From positions 1 to 60,576 of the forward strand of contig JAJYNW010000016.1 of the NCBI GenBank assembly GCA_021786105.1: a DNA stretch of 60,576 bases, written 5' to 3'. A program made the position numbers and the translations under genes. The notes under the pieces were generated by a model that saw only the letters and a list, made by a program, of their open reading frames with translations, searched no databases and was not told where the DNA came from. The stretch's first letter is position 1; every line of letters starts with the position of its first letter. Shown here piece after piece: positions 1-9,154 of the stretch. Source of the stretch: a bacterium (lineage in GTDB: Bacteria > Patescibacteriota > Microgenomatia > Daviesbacterales > UBA10151).

Positions 1-272
1 CAATAATATTTTCTCTACAGTCTCGGACTATCTTCAAAAATTCTTCTAAATTTTCCTAGAGACAGATCAAAATCCTACCCTTTAAAAGAAAATTGTCCCA
101 TTTATTTCAAATCTGCAGGTGGGTCAGCTGTACCACCTCGGAAATTCACTAATCGTTCAGTTTCCGGTTCCCCTGAGTCGCAAACCCTGCGATTTTTTAA
201 CGCCCTCTGCATCAATTGCAGAATACATTAAGAGACATTGTTTTAGGTTTACCAAAGGGGTAAAATCTGGTT

Positions 273-650
273 ATGAAGACAAAAGTAGAAACCCTAAACG
301 CTCCAAAAGCGACTGGGCCTTTTTCGCAGGCTGTAATTTCTGGTAACCTAGTTTTTACTTCAGAACAGGTTTATTTAACTCCAGAAGGAAAACTTTTAGA
401 AGGAAGTATTGAGGAGCAAACTCACCAGGTCATGAAAAATTTAAAAGGCATTTTGGAAAGTGCCGGAGTAACTTTTGCTGATGTAGTTAAAACTACCATT
501 TATGTTACTGATATGGGAAATTACGGAAAAATTAATGAAGTTTATGGAAGCTATTTTTCTGATCCCTATCCTGCCAGGGAAACGGTTTGCGTGGCAGCGC
601 TTCCTCTAGGTGCAGTGTTGGAAATCAGCATGATGGCTGTAAAGCCATAG
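273..650 (+). CDS. ridA: RidA/YjgF family enamine/imine deaminase
   Basis: 125 aa with APKATGPFSQAV, VVKTTIYVTDM and PARETV (catalytic Arg) motifs. Confidence 0.9.
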   Translation: MKTKVETLNAPKATGPFSQAVISGNLVFTSEQVYLTPEGKLLEGSIEEQTHQVMKNLKGILESAGVTFADVVKTTIYVTDMGNYGKINEVYGSYFSDPYPARETVCVAALPLGAVLEISMMAVKP

Positions 651-810
651 AAATTTAACCTGTTTTTAAAATTTTAGTTAATTTCTAGAACTCATACCAC
701 TCAAAATAGATCAGCCTACACAACATCTGGTATATTGACAGTTTACGATATCAATATGTTAAGGTAAGCGTAATTTCTGCCCAAGTAGGGCAGCACTGGT
801 TTAAGAGAAA

Positions 811-1734
811 ATGGAATGGCGAGGGAGAGATGATCCCTACTCTGATTCAATACAAACATTGTTACAAAGGCGTATTGTTGAATTTTTACGCAGATATCTT
901 GGCCTTAAAAAAGCAGTAACCGCTATTTTATTAGTTTTTATTCTGTGGCTTGTCGTCATTGGTATTTCAGAAATATTTAATATTGCAACAGGCTACAAAG
1001 CTCTCTTCTTGTCCAAAAGTTCAGCAGAACAAGAAGAGTATCTTCCAAAGAGTAGCCCTTTGTCTACTCCTATTGAGAAGAGAACGCCGATGAGTGACGT
1101 AAGAGGGTTGAAGAGTGTAGATAGGCCATGTCAAGGAGAGTCGTTTGATGTGATTCAGCAACTTGATGATGTTTGGGGTAAGGAGCGGCCATTTCCAGCA
1201 GATCCTGATGATCCTGATGTTATTTCTGCTAGTGGTTCGGCAAACTTTCAAGTAGCTAAAAAATATTCCTTCCCTTGTAAAGCGCCTTTTACAGCGAAAC
1301 TTTCATTTATTCCATTAAAAGAGCGATCGATAGGGGTATTTGTTGAATTTGAGGATGTTTTTAAAGTTTTGGTAGGAGATGGAGATAGATTAACTTGGAA
1401 AATTGAAGAAAATTCCGGTAATAGGAAACAGCCTTGGTTAATCAGATTGCGGGAAAAAATGAAGAATGGTCCAATATCTCTCAATAAAGAAGCAACTTTA
1501 ATTTTGGATGCAAAGCCTTCATTAAATGGGTTAGATTTAAAGATAACTTTTAGTTATATCCCAGAGGGAAAAAGTGATCGGGTATTTGAGTATGAAACTT
1601 CGGCCGTTAAAGCAAGTGTTACTGATTTGATTAATTCTCCAGCTAGAACATTCCGTATAGGCTTAAATGATTTTAGATATAAAGGTAGCGGTTCAGAGAT
1701 ACGATTTGGTGCTTTTAGTGTGAAAGGCCTTTAG
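811..1734 (+). CDS. Hypothetical single-TM membrane-anchored protein with beta-rich C-terminal domain
   Basis: 307-aa ORF, hydrophobic stretch AVTAILLVFILWLVVIGI; no family recognised. Confidence 0.6.
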   Translation: MEWRGRDDPYSDSIQTLLQRRIVEFLRRYLGLKKAVTAILLVFILWLVVIGISEIFNIATGYKALFLSKSSAEQEEYLPKSSPLSTPIEKRTPMSDVRGLKSVDRPCQGESFDVIQQLDDVWGKERPFPADPDDPDVISASGSANFQVAKKYSFPCKAPFTAKLSFIPLKERSIGVFVEFEDVFKVLVGDGDRLTWKIEENSGNRKQPWLIRLREKMKNGPISLNKEATLILDAKPSLNGLDLKITFSYIPEGKSDRVFEYETSAVKASVTDLINSPARTFRIGLNDFRYKGSGSEIRFGAFSVKGL

Positions 1735-1781
1735 AAAAAGAATGCCAAAAGTTATTAATATTTTGAAAGGAGGTGAAGAAA

Positions 1782-1907
1782 ATGGCAAAGAAAGTAACAG
1801 GTAAGAAGGCAGCAAGCGCTGCTTCAGATGTATTAAGTAATAAAAGACAGGATAAAAAGTCTAAAACAGCTGCTGCAAGTGCCTTCACAAAGAGAAAAAG
1901 GGCGTAA
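1782..1907 (+). CDS. 41-aa Lys/Ala/Ser-rich small protein (absent from ORF track)
   Basis: MAKKVTGKKAASAASDVLSNKRQDKKSKTAAASAFTKRKRA*, preceded by GAAAGGAGGTGA at 1765-1776. Confidence 0.7.
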   Translation: MAKKVTGKKAASAASDVLSNKRQDKKSKTAAASAFTKRKRA

Positions 1908-1947
1908 AATCTCTAAAAAGAAGTAATTCCTGATATAATCCTCAAGT

Positions 1948-3117
1948 ATGAGTTTAAAAGTTGGAATTATAGGAATGCCCAATGTGGGGAAAAGTACCCT
2001 TTTTAATGCCCTTTTGAAAAAGAGGGTGGCTTTAAGTGCTAATTACCCGTTTGCTACCATTGAGCCGAATGTGGGGGTGGTGGCGGTGCCTGATTCTAGG
2101 TTAAATGAGCTGGCGGAATTGGTAGCTGTGGAGGAGGGAATGATCCCGCAGGAGATCCTGAAACAAGTTCAGGATGACACCCCTGGGGTGGAGGCACAAA
2201 AATATTTTCCCCCGATTGTGCCGGCAGTGGTAGAGTTTGTAGATATTGCCGGTTTAGTTAAAGGTGCGGCAACTGGGGCAGGATTAGGGAATAAATTTTT
2301 ATCTCATATCCGGGAAGTGGATGCAATTGTGCATGTTTTACGGGATTTTGAAGATGCCAATATTATCAGGGAAGGCTCAGAAAACCCAAAATCAGATAAA
2401 GAGATCATAGAAACAGAGTTAATCCTGGCAGATATTGAAACAATAGATAAATTAATTTCTTTTGCAGAAAAAGAATTAAAGTTCTCTAAGGATCCTTTAG
2501 ACCCTAAAAAATTAGAGATTTTAAAAAAGATTAAAGAAGATTTAGATAAGGGAACTTGTATAGGGGATAAATTAATAAAAACCGCTGAAGGTATGGATCA
2601 GAGAATGCGGGGCTGGATTACTACGTTACCTCTTTTATCAATTAAACCGGTTTTATATGTTTACAATGTAGGAGAGGATCAATATAGTCAAATATCCTCC
2701 GATCGTGGTACAAATGAAAATGAAATGGCTATTTCAGCCAAAATGGAAGAGGAGTTAGCTGATTTGTCAGATGAGGAGAGGTTGGAATACTTAAAAGAGT
2801 TAGGGGTTGAGGAAACTGGTTTGGAAAGGCTGATTAAAAAGGCTTATGTTTTACTCGGATTAATTTCCTTTTTGACAGCCGGCAAAAAAGAAGTCCGGGC
2901 CTGGACTATAAAAAAAGGAACTTTGGCTCCCCAGGCTGCTGGGGTAATCCATACTGATTTTGAAAAAGGTTTTATTAGAGCTCAAGTTGTTAGCTTTGAA
3001 AAATTAATTGAAGCAGGATCTTTAGCAGTTGCTAAATCAAAAGGCTGGGTGAGGACTGAAGGAAAAGATTATATTATGCAGGATGGAGACGTGGTGGAGT
3101 TCTTGATCAGTTCTTAG
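1948..3117 (+). CDS. ychF: Ribosome-binding ATPase YchF
   Basis: GMPNVGKST, ANYPFATIEPN, DIAGLVKGA, C-terminal TGS domain (GKDYIMQDGDVVEF). Confidence 0.97.
   Translation: MSLKVGIIGMPNVGKSTLFNALLKKRVALSANYPFATIEPNVGVVAVPDSRLNELAELVAVEEGMIPQEILKQVQDDTPGVEAQKYFPPIVPAVVEFVDIAGLVKGAATGAGLGNKFLSHIREVDAIVHVLRDFEDANIIREGSENPKSDKEIIETELILADIETIDKLISFAEKELKFSKDPLDPKKLEILKKIKEDLDKGTCIGDKLIKTAEGMDQRMRGWITTLPLLSIKPVLYVYNVGEDQYSQISSDRGTNENEMAISAKMEEELADLSDEERLEYLKELGVEETGLERLIKKAYVLLGLISFLTAGKKEVRAWTIKKGTLAPQAAGVIHTDFEKGFIRAQVVSFEKLIEAGSLAVAKSKGWVRTEGKDYIMQDGDVVEFLISS
2152..2190. repeat. Two abutting palindromic repeat modules inserted in frame in ychF
   Basis: gagatcctgaaacaagttcaggatgac (2152-2178) then cacccctggggtg (2178-2190); encodes EILKQVQDDTPGV. 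Confidence 0.75.
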
Positions 3118-4121
3118 CCTTGCAAGGCTGGTTCTTTTAAGGCTATCTCGTAATATACCCCTTTAGTATTACCCCGTTTTTTAATTAAGTCCTGGTCCTG
3201 TAATTTTTTTAAATCGTATCGTAAAGTTCGTTCATTAATTGCTACGAACCTTCTTCTGATTATGTCAAAGCTAACTGATTTATGGTCTTTAATGATATTT
3301 AAAATCTCAGCGCGTCTGGGTAACAGTAAGTCTTCAATATCTACTTTTTGTTTTTCTAAGACTAATTTTTTAGCATTTTCAGCAGTTTCAGCTATAGCTT
3401 CTAACATAAATTCCAAATAATCTGTCACATCTTTTTCCGGTTCATTTAAAACCTGATAATATTCACTACGGTGGTTATCTAAATATTCCTCCAGTGCTAC
3501 TAATCCTTTCATTCCGTAATTGCCTTTTACTAAAACTGCCTGCAGCAGCAATCTGCCTACTCGGCCATTTCCATCTAAAAAAGGATGGATTTTTTCAAAA
3601 ATGAAATGGGCCAGGCAAGCTCTAACAGGAGTAAATTGCTCTTTTGGACTATTCGCAAATTTTAATAAACGTTGGGTTAAAGGAAGGATTTGGGAGGGTT
3701 TGGGAGGTAAATAAATTGCGATCCCCGCCGAATTAAATATCGCTTCCAAACCAGTTCTGAATTTTCCTGAATCCTGCTTATCTGTGAGTCCCTCCATCAC
3801 CATTTTATGCAGCTCTAAAATATCCTTAATATTTAGATCTTTGTATTTTTTTTGATGGATCCAGTTTAGGGCCTTAAGGATATTAAAAACCTCGGCTTTT
3901 TTTTGACTCTTGGAGGGATTTATTTGAATTTCCTTCATGGTGAGAGGGTTACCTTCAATTCGAGCTGAAAACAAGGAGCTTTTTAAAGTTGAATTTCTGC
4001 GAATGTTTATTTCTAATTCTGGTGGAATATCTACTGAATTAATTACTTCTTTTGAGGCTTCAATTGATTGAAGGAATTGAGAAATTTTAGCTGTAAGGAT
4101 ATATTTAGGAGGAATTAACAT
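3114..4121 (-). CDS. Fic family protein with C-terminal DeoR-like winged HTH
   Basis: Intact Fic motif HPFLDGNGRVGR; C-terminal INERTLRYDLKKL...KRGNTKGVYY. Confidence 0.92.
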   Translation of the reverse strand: MLIPPKYILTAKISQFLQSIEASKEVINSVDIPPELEINIRRNSTLKSSLFSARIEGNPLTMKEIQINPSKSQKKAEVFNILKALNWIHQKKYKDLNIKDILELHKMVMEGLTDKQDSGKFRTGLEAIFNSAGIAIYLPPKPSQILPLTQRLLKFANSPKEQFTPVRACLAHFIFEKIHPFLDGNGRVGRLLLQAVLVKGNYGMKGLVALEEYLDNHRSEYYQVLNEPEKDVTDYLEFMLEAIAETAENAKKLVLEKQKVDIEDLLLPRRAEILNIIKDHKSVSFDIIRRRFVAINERTLRYDLKKLQDQDLIKKRGNTKGVYYEIALKEPALQG

Positions 4122-4126
4122 ATATT

Positions 4127-4166
4127 CCTAATATTACCAGATATTACCTAATGTTGTCAGATATTG
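4127..4166. promoter_or_regulatory. Imperfect 20-bp tandem repeat over the fic promoter (candidate operator)
   Basis: cctaatattaccagatatta / cctaatgttgtcagatattg, 16/20 identical, directly upstream of the fic ATG. Confidence 0.45.
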
Positions 4167-4190
4167 CTAAATAATTCCTGAATTGATTGG

Positions 4191-4247
4191 AGAAAAGATA
4201 ATATTATCCAGGATGTTGATGTGGTGGAGTTTTTGGTAAGCAGTTAA
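4191..4247 (+). pseudogene. Degenerate duplicate of the last 19 codons of ychF
   Basis: RKDNIIQDVDVVEFLVSS* vs GKDYIMQDGDVVEFLISS* (3061-3117); 44/57 nt identical, no gaps. Confidence 0.85.
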
Positions 4248-4278
4248 TTGGGATTTTTATGCTAAATTCCCTTTGGTA

Positions 4279-5079
4279 TTAAGTTTGGGTGATTTTGTTT
4301 ATTCGTGTTTTAGGCCTGTAAGCTTCAGGGGCTAATTCAAGCATGCTCTCGTAAGCCCATTGGTCAATGTCCCCCTTAATTTTTCCTCTTTTAACAGTTC
4401 TGCCTAAAGTAAGAGTATATTTCCTCCATAAGTTAAGACCTTTTAGGTTTGAGTAATCAGTTACTCCTTCAATTTCCAACCCTACCGAGAAAACAGGTAT
4501 CTTGTCGGGATTTACGCCTTTTTCTCCTGCCCGATCCATCAGTCGGGAAAGAGGGCCTCCTCTAAACGGGCGAAGCGAATCTCTTCTTCCGCCTTGGGGG
4601 GCCAGAAAGACTAAGCCGCCTTGTTCTAATTCTTCAATTGAAGTATCCAGATAGTCATTCATTGCTTCGGTTGGATTAATGTTCCGCCAGGGAATAGGTT
4701 TACCTTTCGTTTTGAGTTCGTTCTCTTTTAGTCTGGTGTCTCCGGTAATGATGGTTGCCAAACTAACATCGCCAAGTCCGCATAGTATGTCCAGATAAAA
4801 AGGTCTCTGGTGTGCTGCAATAGGAATCCTAGTCGGTCGTCTTCTGGCTTCTTTGCTATTAAGATTTAGAGCTACTAAATCTGCCAAAAAATCTCCTTTG
4901 GAAAAATGCGGTGTTAAACCAATTGCTCCGTTGCCTTCGGCAAGTGCTTCGTTGAGCGCTGTGAGATTCCCAGCGGCCGCTTCCCTGAATTCAATGGACC
5001 ACAAGGTTTTTAATCCATAAGCAGTAACTACTCTTCTGACGGGGGTGACTATATTTTTAATTCTTTCTAAATCCGCCAT
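4279..5079 (-). CDS. PlsC-like (lyso)phospholipid acyltransferase, divergent
   Basis: HX4D motif PHFSKGD and block-III-like VFLAPQGGR. Confidence 0.7.
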   Translation of the reverse strand: MADLERIKNIVTPVRRVVTAYGLKTLWSIEFREAAAGNLTALNEALAEGNGAIGLTPHFSKGDFLADLVALNLNSKEARRRPTRIPIAAHQRPFYLDILCGLGDVSLATIITGDTRLKENELKTKGKPIPWRNINPTEAMNDYLDTSIEELEQGGLVFLAPQGGRRDSLRPFRGGPLSRLMDRAGEKGVNPDKIPVFSVGLEIEGVTDYSNLKGLNLWRKYTLTLGRTVKRGKIKGDIDQWAYESMLELAPEAYRPKTRINKITQT

Positions 5080-5165
5080 AATTTATGGGATATATTACTT
5101 GAGTGATGGGGTGAAATCAAGTCGGTTGGTTGATTTCCGCAGGGGATTAAGTATAATGACTGATT

Positions 5166-6089
5166 ATGCAAATCGAATTAGACTCAAGGTCATTATTTGA
5201 AAGATATGTTGCTCCTCGTTTTGACGAGATGGTGCATCTGAATGTAGATCCAGCAGTAGGCGAAGAATATGTAGAATTAATGGCTAAAGGCGGCAGGCCG
5301 GTCCTTTATGGGAATCATCAGGGGCACGGGGACGGGTGGCTTTTAGGTAAAGTTGTAGAGTATTTAAGAGAAAAAGCTAAGGAGGCAGGAGTAGAATTTC
5401 CCGGTGTTGTTTTACCTCTTGCTCGGTCAATGTTTACTGGAGACCAAGGATGGGTTCTTAAAAAGATAACTGAATTATCGGCTCCTATTCTACAGAGAAG
5501 AGGATTGCATATGATTCCGTATACAAGAAATAAAGACGAAATAAATTATGGATTAAAGAAAAACCAAGCCGAGGTAAGAGAGATGGCTAAAGCAGCAAGA
5601 GAGGGCTATGGTTTTTGTTACTTACCAGAAGCGAGTATACAAGGGGGCAGACACAAACATTTTTGGGGATTTTTCCTGGGTGGAGAAGTAAATGGTGTAA
5701 TAGCTGCTGATGATAAAGACGGGTTTGCCGGTTTTTACGATTTGATTAACAGATTTGGTCATGTTAAAGGAGAGACATTCTTTATGGGTGTTGCAATGGA
5801 AGGAAGCTATCGGTTTATGGGAGCAGATATTCCTATTCCAACTATGGAATTGTTTCAAAGCTTATTTGCAGATTCATCTCGTCCTGCGCAAGTTACTATA
5901 GAAAGCCCCATTACTGTAGCAAGATTGAAGAGTGAGCTCCAAGAAGATTGGCGGGCAGATGGTCATCTCCTTAATAAATTTTTGATGAGATCGGTAGTCA
6001 AAGATCTTCCCCTTGCTTCGAGGGGGATTTATCGTAATATGCCAGATTTAGAGTTTGCAGCTAAACCTGCTGTGTTGAGCAGCCGTTAA
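5166..6089 (+). CDS. PlsC-like acyltransferase, divergent
   Basis: HX4D motif NHQGHGD and CYLPEASIQGGR. Confidence 0.65.
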   Translation: MQIELDSRSLFERYVAPRFDEMVHLNVDPAVGEEYVELMAKGGRPVLYGNHQGHGDGWLLGKVVEYLREKAKEAGVEFPGVVLPLARSMFTGDQGWVLKKITELSAPILQRRGLHMIPYTRNKDEINYGLKKNQAEVREMAKAAREGYGFCYLPEASIQGGRHKHFWGFFLGGEVNGVIAADDKDGFAGFYDLINRFGHVKGETFFMGVAMEGSYRFMGADIPIPTMELFQSLFADSSRPAQVTIESPITVARLKSELQEDWRADGHLLNKFLMRSVVKDLPLASRGIYRNMPDLEFAAKPAVLSSR

Positions 6090-6135
6090 TCTACGGGATT
6101 GAATTATAGGCATTATCCTAGTACAATTACACACA

Positions 6136-6417
6136 ATGAATTCATATTATTTAACATTAGTTATAAAACCTGACTTGGAAGAGAAGGACCGGAAGGATCT
6201 GTTGGACTCTCTTGTTAAAAAGCTAGTGGGAGAAGACGGCAAAGTGGAAAAGGAAGATTTGTGGGGAGCCCGTTCTTTGGCTTACCCAATCAAAAGGCAA
6301 ACCTCAGGTTACTATGCCCACTATGAAGTTCAGGCTGATCCTAAAAATGCCAAAATTCTTGACAAAAGTTTAAAAATGGAAGAAGATATTTTACGATACC
6401 TGCTTGTGAGAAAGTAA
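6136..6417 (+). CDS. rpsF: 30S ribosomal protein S6
   Basis: EDLWGARSLAYPIK, EDILRYLLVR; rpsF-ssb-rpsR order. Confidence 0.97.
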   Translation: MNSYYLTLVIKPDLEEKDRKDLLDSLVKKLVGEDGKVEKEDLWGARSLAYPIKRQTSGYYAHYEVQADPKNAKILDKSLKMEEDILRYLLVRK

Positions 6418-6423
6418 ATTGAG

Positions 6424-6921
6424 ATGGCGAGTAGATCTTGGAATAGAGTTGAACTGATCGGTAATTTAACAAGGGATCCTGAACTGCGTTATACCCCCAA
6501 TGGTGCAGCTGTAGTCACTTTTGGTATAGCCACCAACCGCACTTATGTTACTGAAGGCGAAAGAAAAGAAGAAGTAGATTTCCATAAATTAGTAGCCTGG
6601 AATAAATTAGCCGAACTTTGCAATCAGCTTTTAAAAAAGGGTATGCGGGTGTTCGTTTCCGGCAGACTGCAAACCCGGTCATGGGAAGGCCAAGATGGCC
6701 AGCAAAGGCAAACTACGGAAATTGTGATAGAAGATATGATTATCCTGTCTCCTAAGAATAACGGTACGGGGACTACGCCTGAAGATGTAGATGTGGGACA
6801 TGCACCTATTGAGAAGGAAGAACCTAAGGAAAAAGAATCAAAGGCACCGGAGGAAAAAGAAAAACCAGCACCAGACGAAAAAGCCCCTCAAGAAGAAGTA
6901 AAAGACGACCTTCCGTTCTGA
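6424..6921 (+). CDS. ssb: Single-stranded DNA-binding protein
   Basis: NRVELIGNLTRDPELRYT and acidic DDLPF tail. Confidence 0.98.
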   Translation: MASRSWNRVELIGNLTRDPELRYTPNGAAVVTFGIATNRTYVTEGERKEEVDFHKLVAWNKLAELCNQLLKKGMRVFVSGRLQTRSWEGQDGQQRQTTEIVIEDMIILSPKNNGTGTTPEDVDVGHAPIEKEEPKEKESKAPEEKEKPAPDEKAPQEEVKDDLPF

Positions 6922-7006
6922 AAAGTCTCCAATTTTAAATTCATTTAAAAATTTTTATTTTGTATCTATTGATGTAGAAGTAGATTTAATATATAATCTC
7001 CAAAAT

Positions 7007-7327
7007 ATGGCTGAAAAGAAAGTAACCAGAAAAGTAATTTCTAAAGGTAAAGTAACTGCAAAAGAGGCTGTGAAAGAGCCGGTTGAAGTTACCCAACAAG
7101 CTGAAGAGATGCAAAAAGAAAAACCTAAAAAGGCTTGTTTGTTTTGCCAGGGCAAAAATTGTCCCTCTTATACAGATGTAGCTACCTTGCGCCGTTATAT
7201 GTCAGACCGGGCTAAAATTGTCGCCCGCGCCAAAAGCAACTTATGCAGTAAGCACCAAAGACGGGTGGCTAAACAAATTAAATATGCCAGACATTTAGCT
7301 TTGCTTCCTTTCACCCCAAAGGTATAA
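7007..7327 (+). CDS. rpsR: 30S ribosomal protein S18 (Zn-binding type, K/E-rich N-terminal extension)
   Basis: CLFC...LCSKHQRRVAKQIKYARHLALLPF. Confidence 0.95.
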   Translation: MAEKKVTRKVISKGKVTAKEAVKEPVEVTQQAEEMQKEKPKKACLFCQGKNCPSYTDVATLRRYMSDRAKIVARAKSNLCSKHQRRVAKQIKYARHLALLPFTPKV

Positions 7328-7349
7328 TTTAGTGGTACACTAGATAGAT

Positions 7350-7991
7350 ATGCCCACGCCGATCGGACTGTTTGACAGCTTCGATAACCTGGATCAGCTT
7401 TCTCTAGAGGCTATAGCCGCATGGCTGAAGCCGGTTCCTCAGCTCGATTATTTAGAGGATTATTTGGCAAATAGAATTTTATATCCTCAAACTATTCCCC
7501 AAACGGAGCGTGATATGCAGATTGACTTGGCAATTCTGCGGGAAGCCTTGAAAGCCAGCAGCCCCAAGCCGGGGGAAAATCCCTTTTTGAATGTGGCGTT
7601 AAGAAAGCTGCTTATACCTGCCAAGCTTTTAAACTTTGTTCCTGATCTTGCCTCTTTGACTTGGGCCTTTATTGATGCTTTTTTCCTGGATCATCAAAGA
7701 AAGGAATGGGTTGAAGACCTTTGGACGATAGTTTTAATGGATGATATTGATGAGGTAGTGGGTTCTGTTATGCTTCCGCATTTTGACAACACCGGCGGGG
7801 TGATGAGAGTGATACTAATGAATAAAAATTACGAAATCCGAAAAGGCAACTTAATGTTAATACCTTGCCCCAGAGAAAGATGCGAAATAGCGTATAAACT
7901 TATGGCGGGTAAGGTTTTAGGCAAGACCGAGAATGCAATTGAAGTTTACGGCGGAAAATTAGGATTAGTCGTGGATGGGAGGGGGGCGTGA
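7350..7991 (+). CDS. Conserved hypothetical protein; C-terminus resembles GlmL/MutL-like (glutamate mutase L) proteins
   Basis: 213 aa ending GGKLGLVVDGRG; family link is from recall only. Confidence 0.5.
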   Translation: MPTPIGLFDSFDNLDQLSLEAIAAWLKPVPQLDYLEDYLANRILYPQTIPQTERDMQIDLAILREALKASSPKPGENPFLNVALRKLLIPAKLLNFVPDLASLTWAFIDAFFLDHQRKEWVEDLWTIVLMDDIDEVVGSVMLPHFDNTGGVMRVILMNKNYEIRKGNLMLIPCPRERCEIAYKLMAGKVLGKTENAIEVYGGKLGLVVDGRGA

Positions 7992-9133
7992 AACAGCGGG
8001 TTTTTACCAGGTTGCGTATAGAAAAGAATATAGTGACTAGGGTAGTAAGAACCCTGAAGGGAAAAGGTGATTTTATCGTCAGGGTAGGACAAGAGGTTAT
8101 GCCGGCAGAGATTATAGGCAGCGCAACTTTTTCTTCTGGTTTTAGGACTTTAAACTTATCTTCTTTACTTTCCGTTCCTCCGGCTCAGGCGGAGAAATAC
8201 CTGAAAAGAAGAATCGGCGAAAAGATTTACAAGGGGGAATTGTTGGCTTTAAAACAAGGCTGGCTGGCCGGGAAAATGGTTATAACTTCTCCGACAGACG
8301 GTGTGTTGGAGTTAGTAAATAACCGGACCGGGGAGCTAAAAATTTCCTTCCTGCCGAAAAAAGTTGACTTGCCGGCCGGGGTGTATGGGGTTGTTGAAGG
8401 GATTAATCCTGAAAAGGGACAGGTGATAATCCGGACTGAAGTCAGCCGGGTTCACGGTGTATGCGGTTCCGGCAGATCCCGCGACGGCTCGCTCCATGTT
8501 TTAGGGGAGAAAGATGATTTAATATCGGAAAATAAACTGGAAGCAAATTATGACGGGCAGGTATTGGTGGGGGGCAGTTTTATTTATAAAGACGGGATTT
8601 CTGCTGCTATTTCAAGCGAAGTCAGCGGTATAATTACCGGGGGGATTAGTGCCGAGGATTATAAAGGAATAGCAGGCGGGTATTTGGCTTTTCCCAAGAA
8701 ATTCCCCAATGATATTGGTGTTTCAATTGTAGTTTGCGAAGGTTTTGGCTCGATCCCGATGGGCCAGGATATTTTTGGATTTTTGGCGGAATATGAAGGA
8801 AAATTTGTTTTTATTGACGGGGATAAAGCTACAATTACTCTTCCTTCATTAATTTCCTCCAGTCTAACAAAAGTAAAAAATACTAAACTACCCCCATTTC
8901 AGGCTGATGATTTATCAGCAGGTTTAGATCAGGTTCTGGCGGCTTCAGAACTTGGAGTGGGTTTTAATGTTAGGGTGGTGGGAAGTTCTTACTGCGGGGA
9001 GCAGGGGAAGGTTTTGGCGATTGATGATTCTTTGACGCTTTTGCCTTCCCGGGTTAGGGCATATCTCGCTACGGTTGAGACAAAAACCAGGAAAATCAGG
9101 GTGCCGGTTGCGAATCTTGAAATAATAATGTAA
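7988..9133 (+). CDS. Conserved hypothetical protein with barrel-sandwich-hybrid-like repeats and KOW-like C-terminus
   Basis: 381 aa; VRVGQEV, IGEKIYKGELLA, SPTDGVLE; 4-nt overlap with the upstream ORF. Confidence 0.55.
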   Translation: MKQRVFTRLRIEKNIVTRVVRTLKGKGDFIVRVGQEVMPAEIIGSATFSSGFRTLNLSSLLSVPPAQAEKYLKRRIGEKIYKGELLALKQGWLAGKMVITSPTDGVLELVNNRTGELKISFLPKKVDLPAGVYGVVEGINPEKGQVIIRTEVSRVHGVCGSGRSRDGSLHVLGEKDDLISENKLEANYDGQVLVGGSFIYKDGISAAISSEVSGIITGGISAEDYKGIAGGYLAFPKKFPNDIGVSIVVCEGFGSIPMGQDIFGFLAEYEGKFVFIDGDKATITLPSLISSSLTKVKNTKLPPFQADDLSAGLDQVLAASELGVGFNVRVVGSSYCGEQGKVLAIDDSLTLLPSRVRAYLATVETKTRKIRVPVANLEIIM

Positions 9134-9154
9134 GCTATCCAACAGTTTGAATTC

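Noticed and set aside
1-272. ORF 119-346 and a possible structured RNA upstream of ridA
   Set aside because: The ORF overlaps ridA out of frame and has no motif; I could not build a convincing RNA fold.
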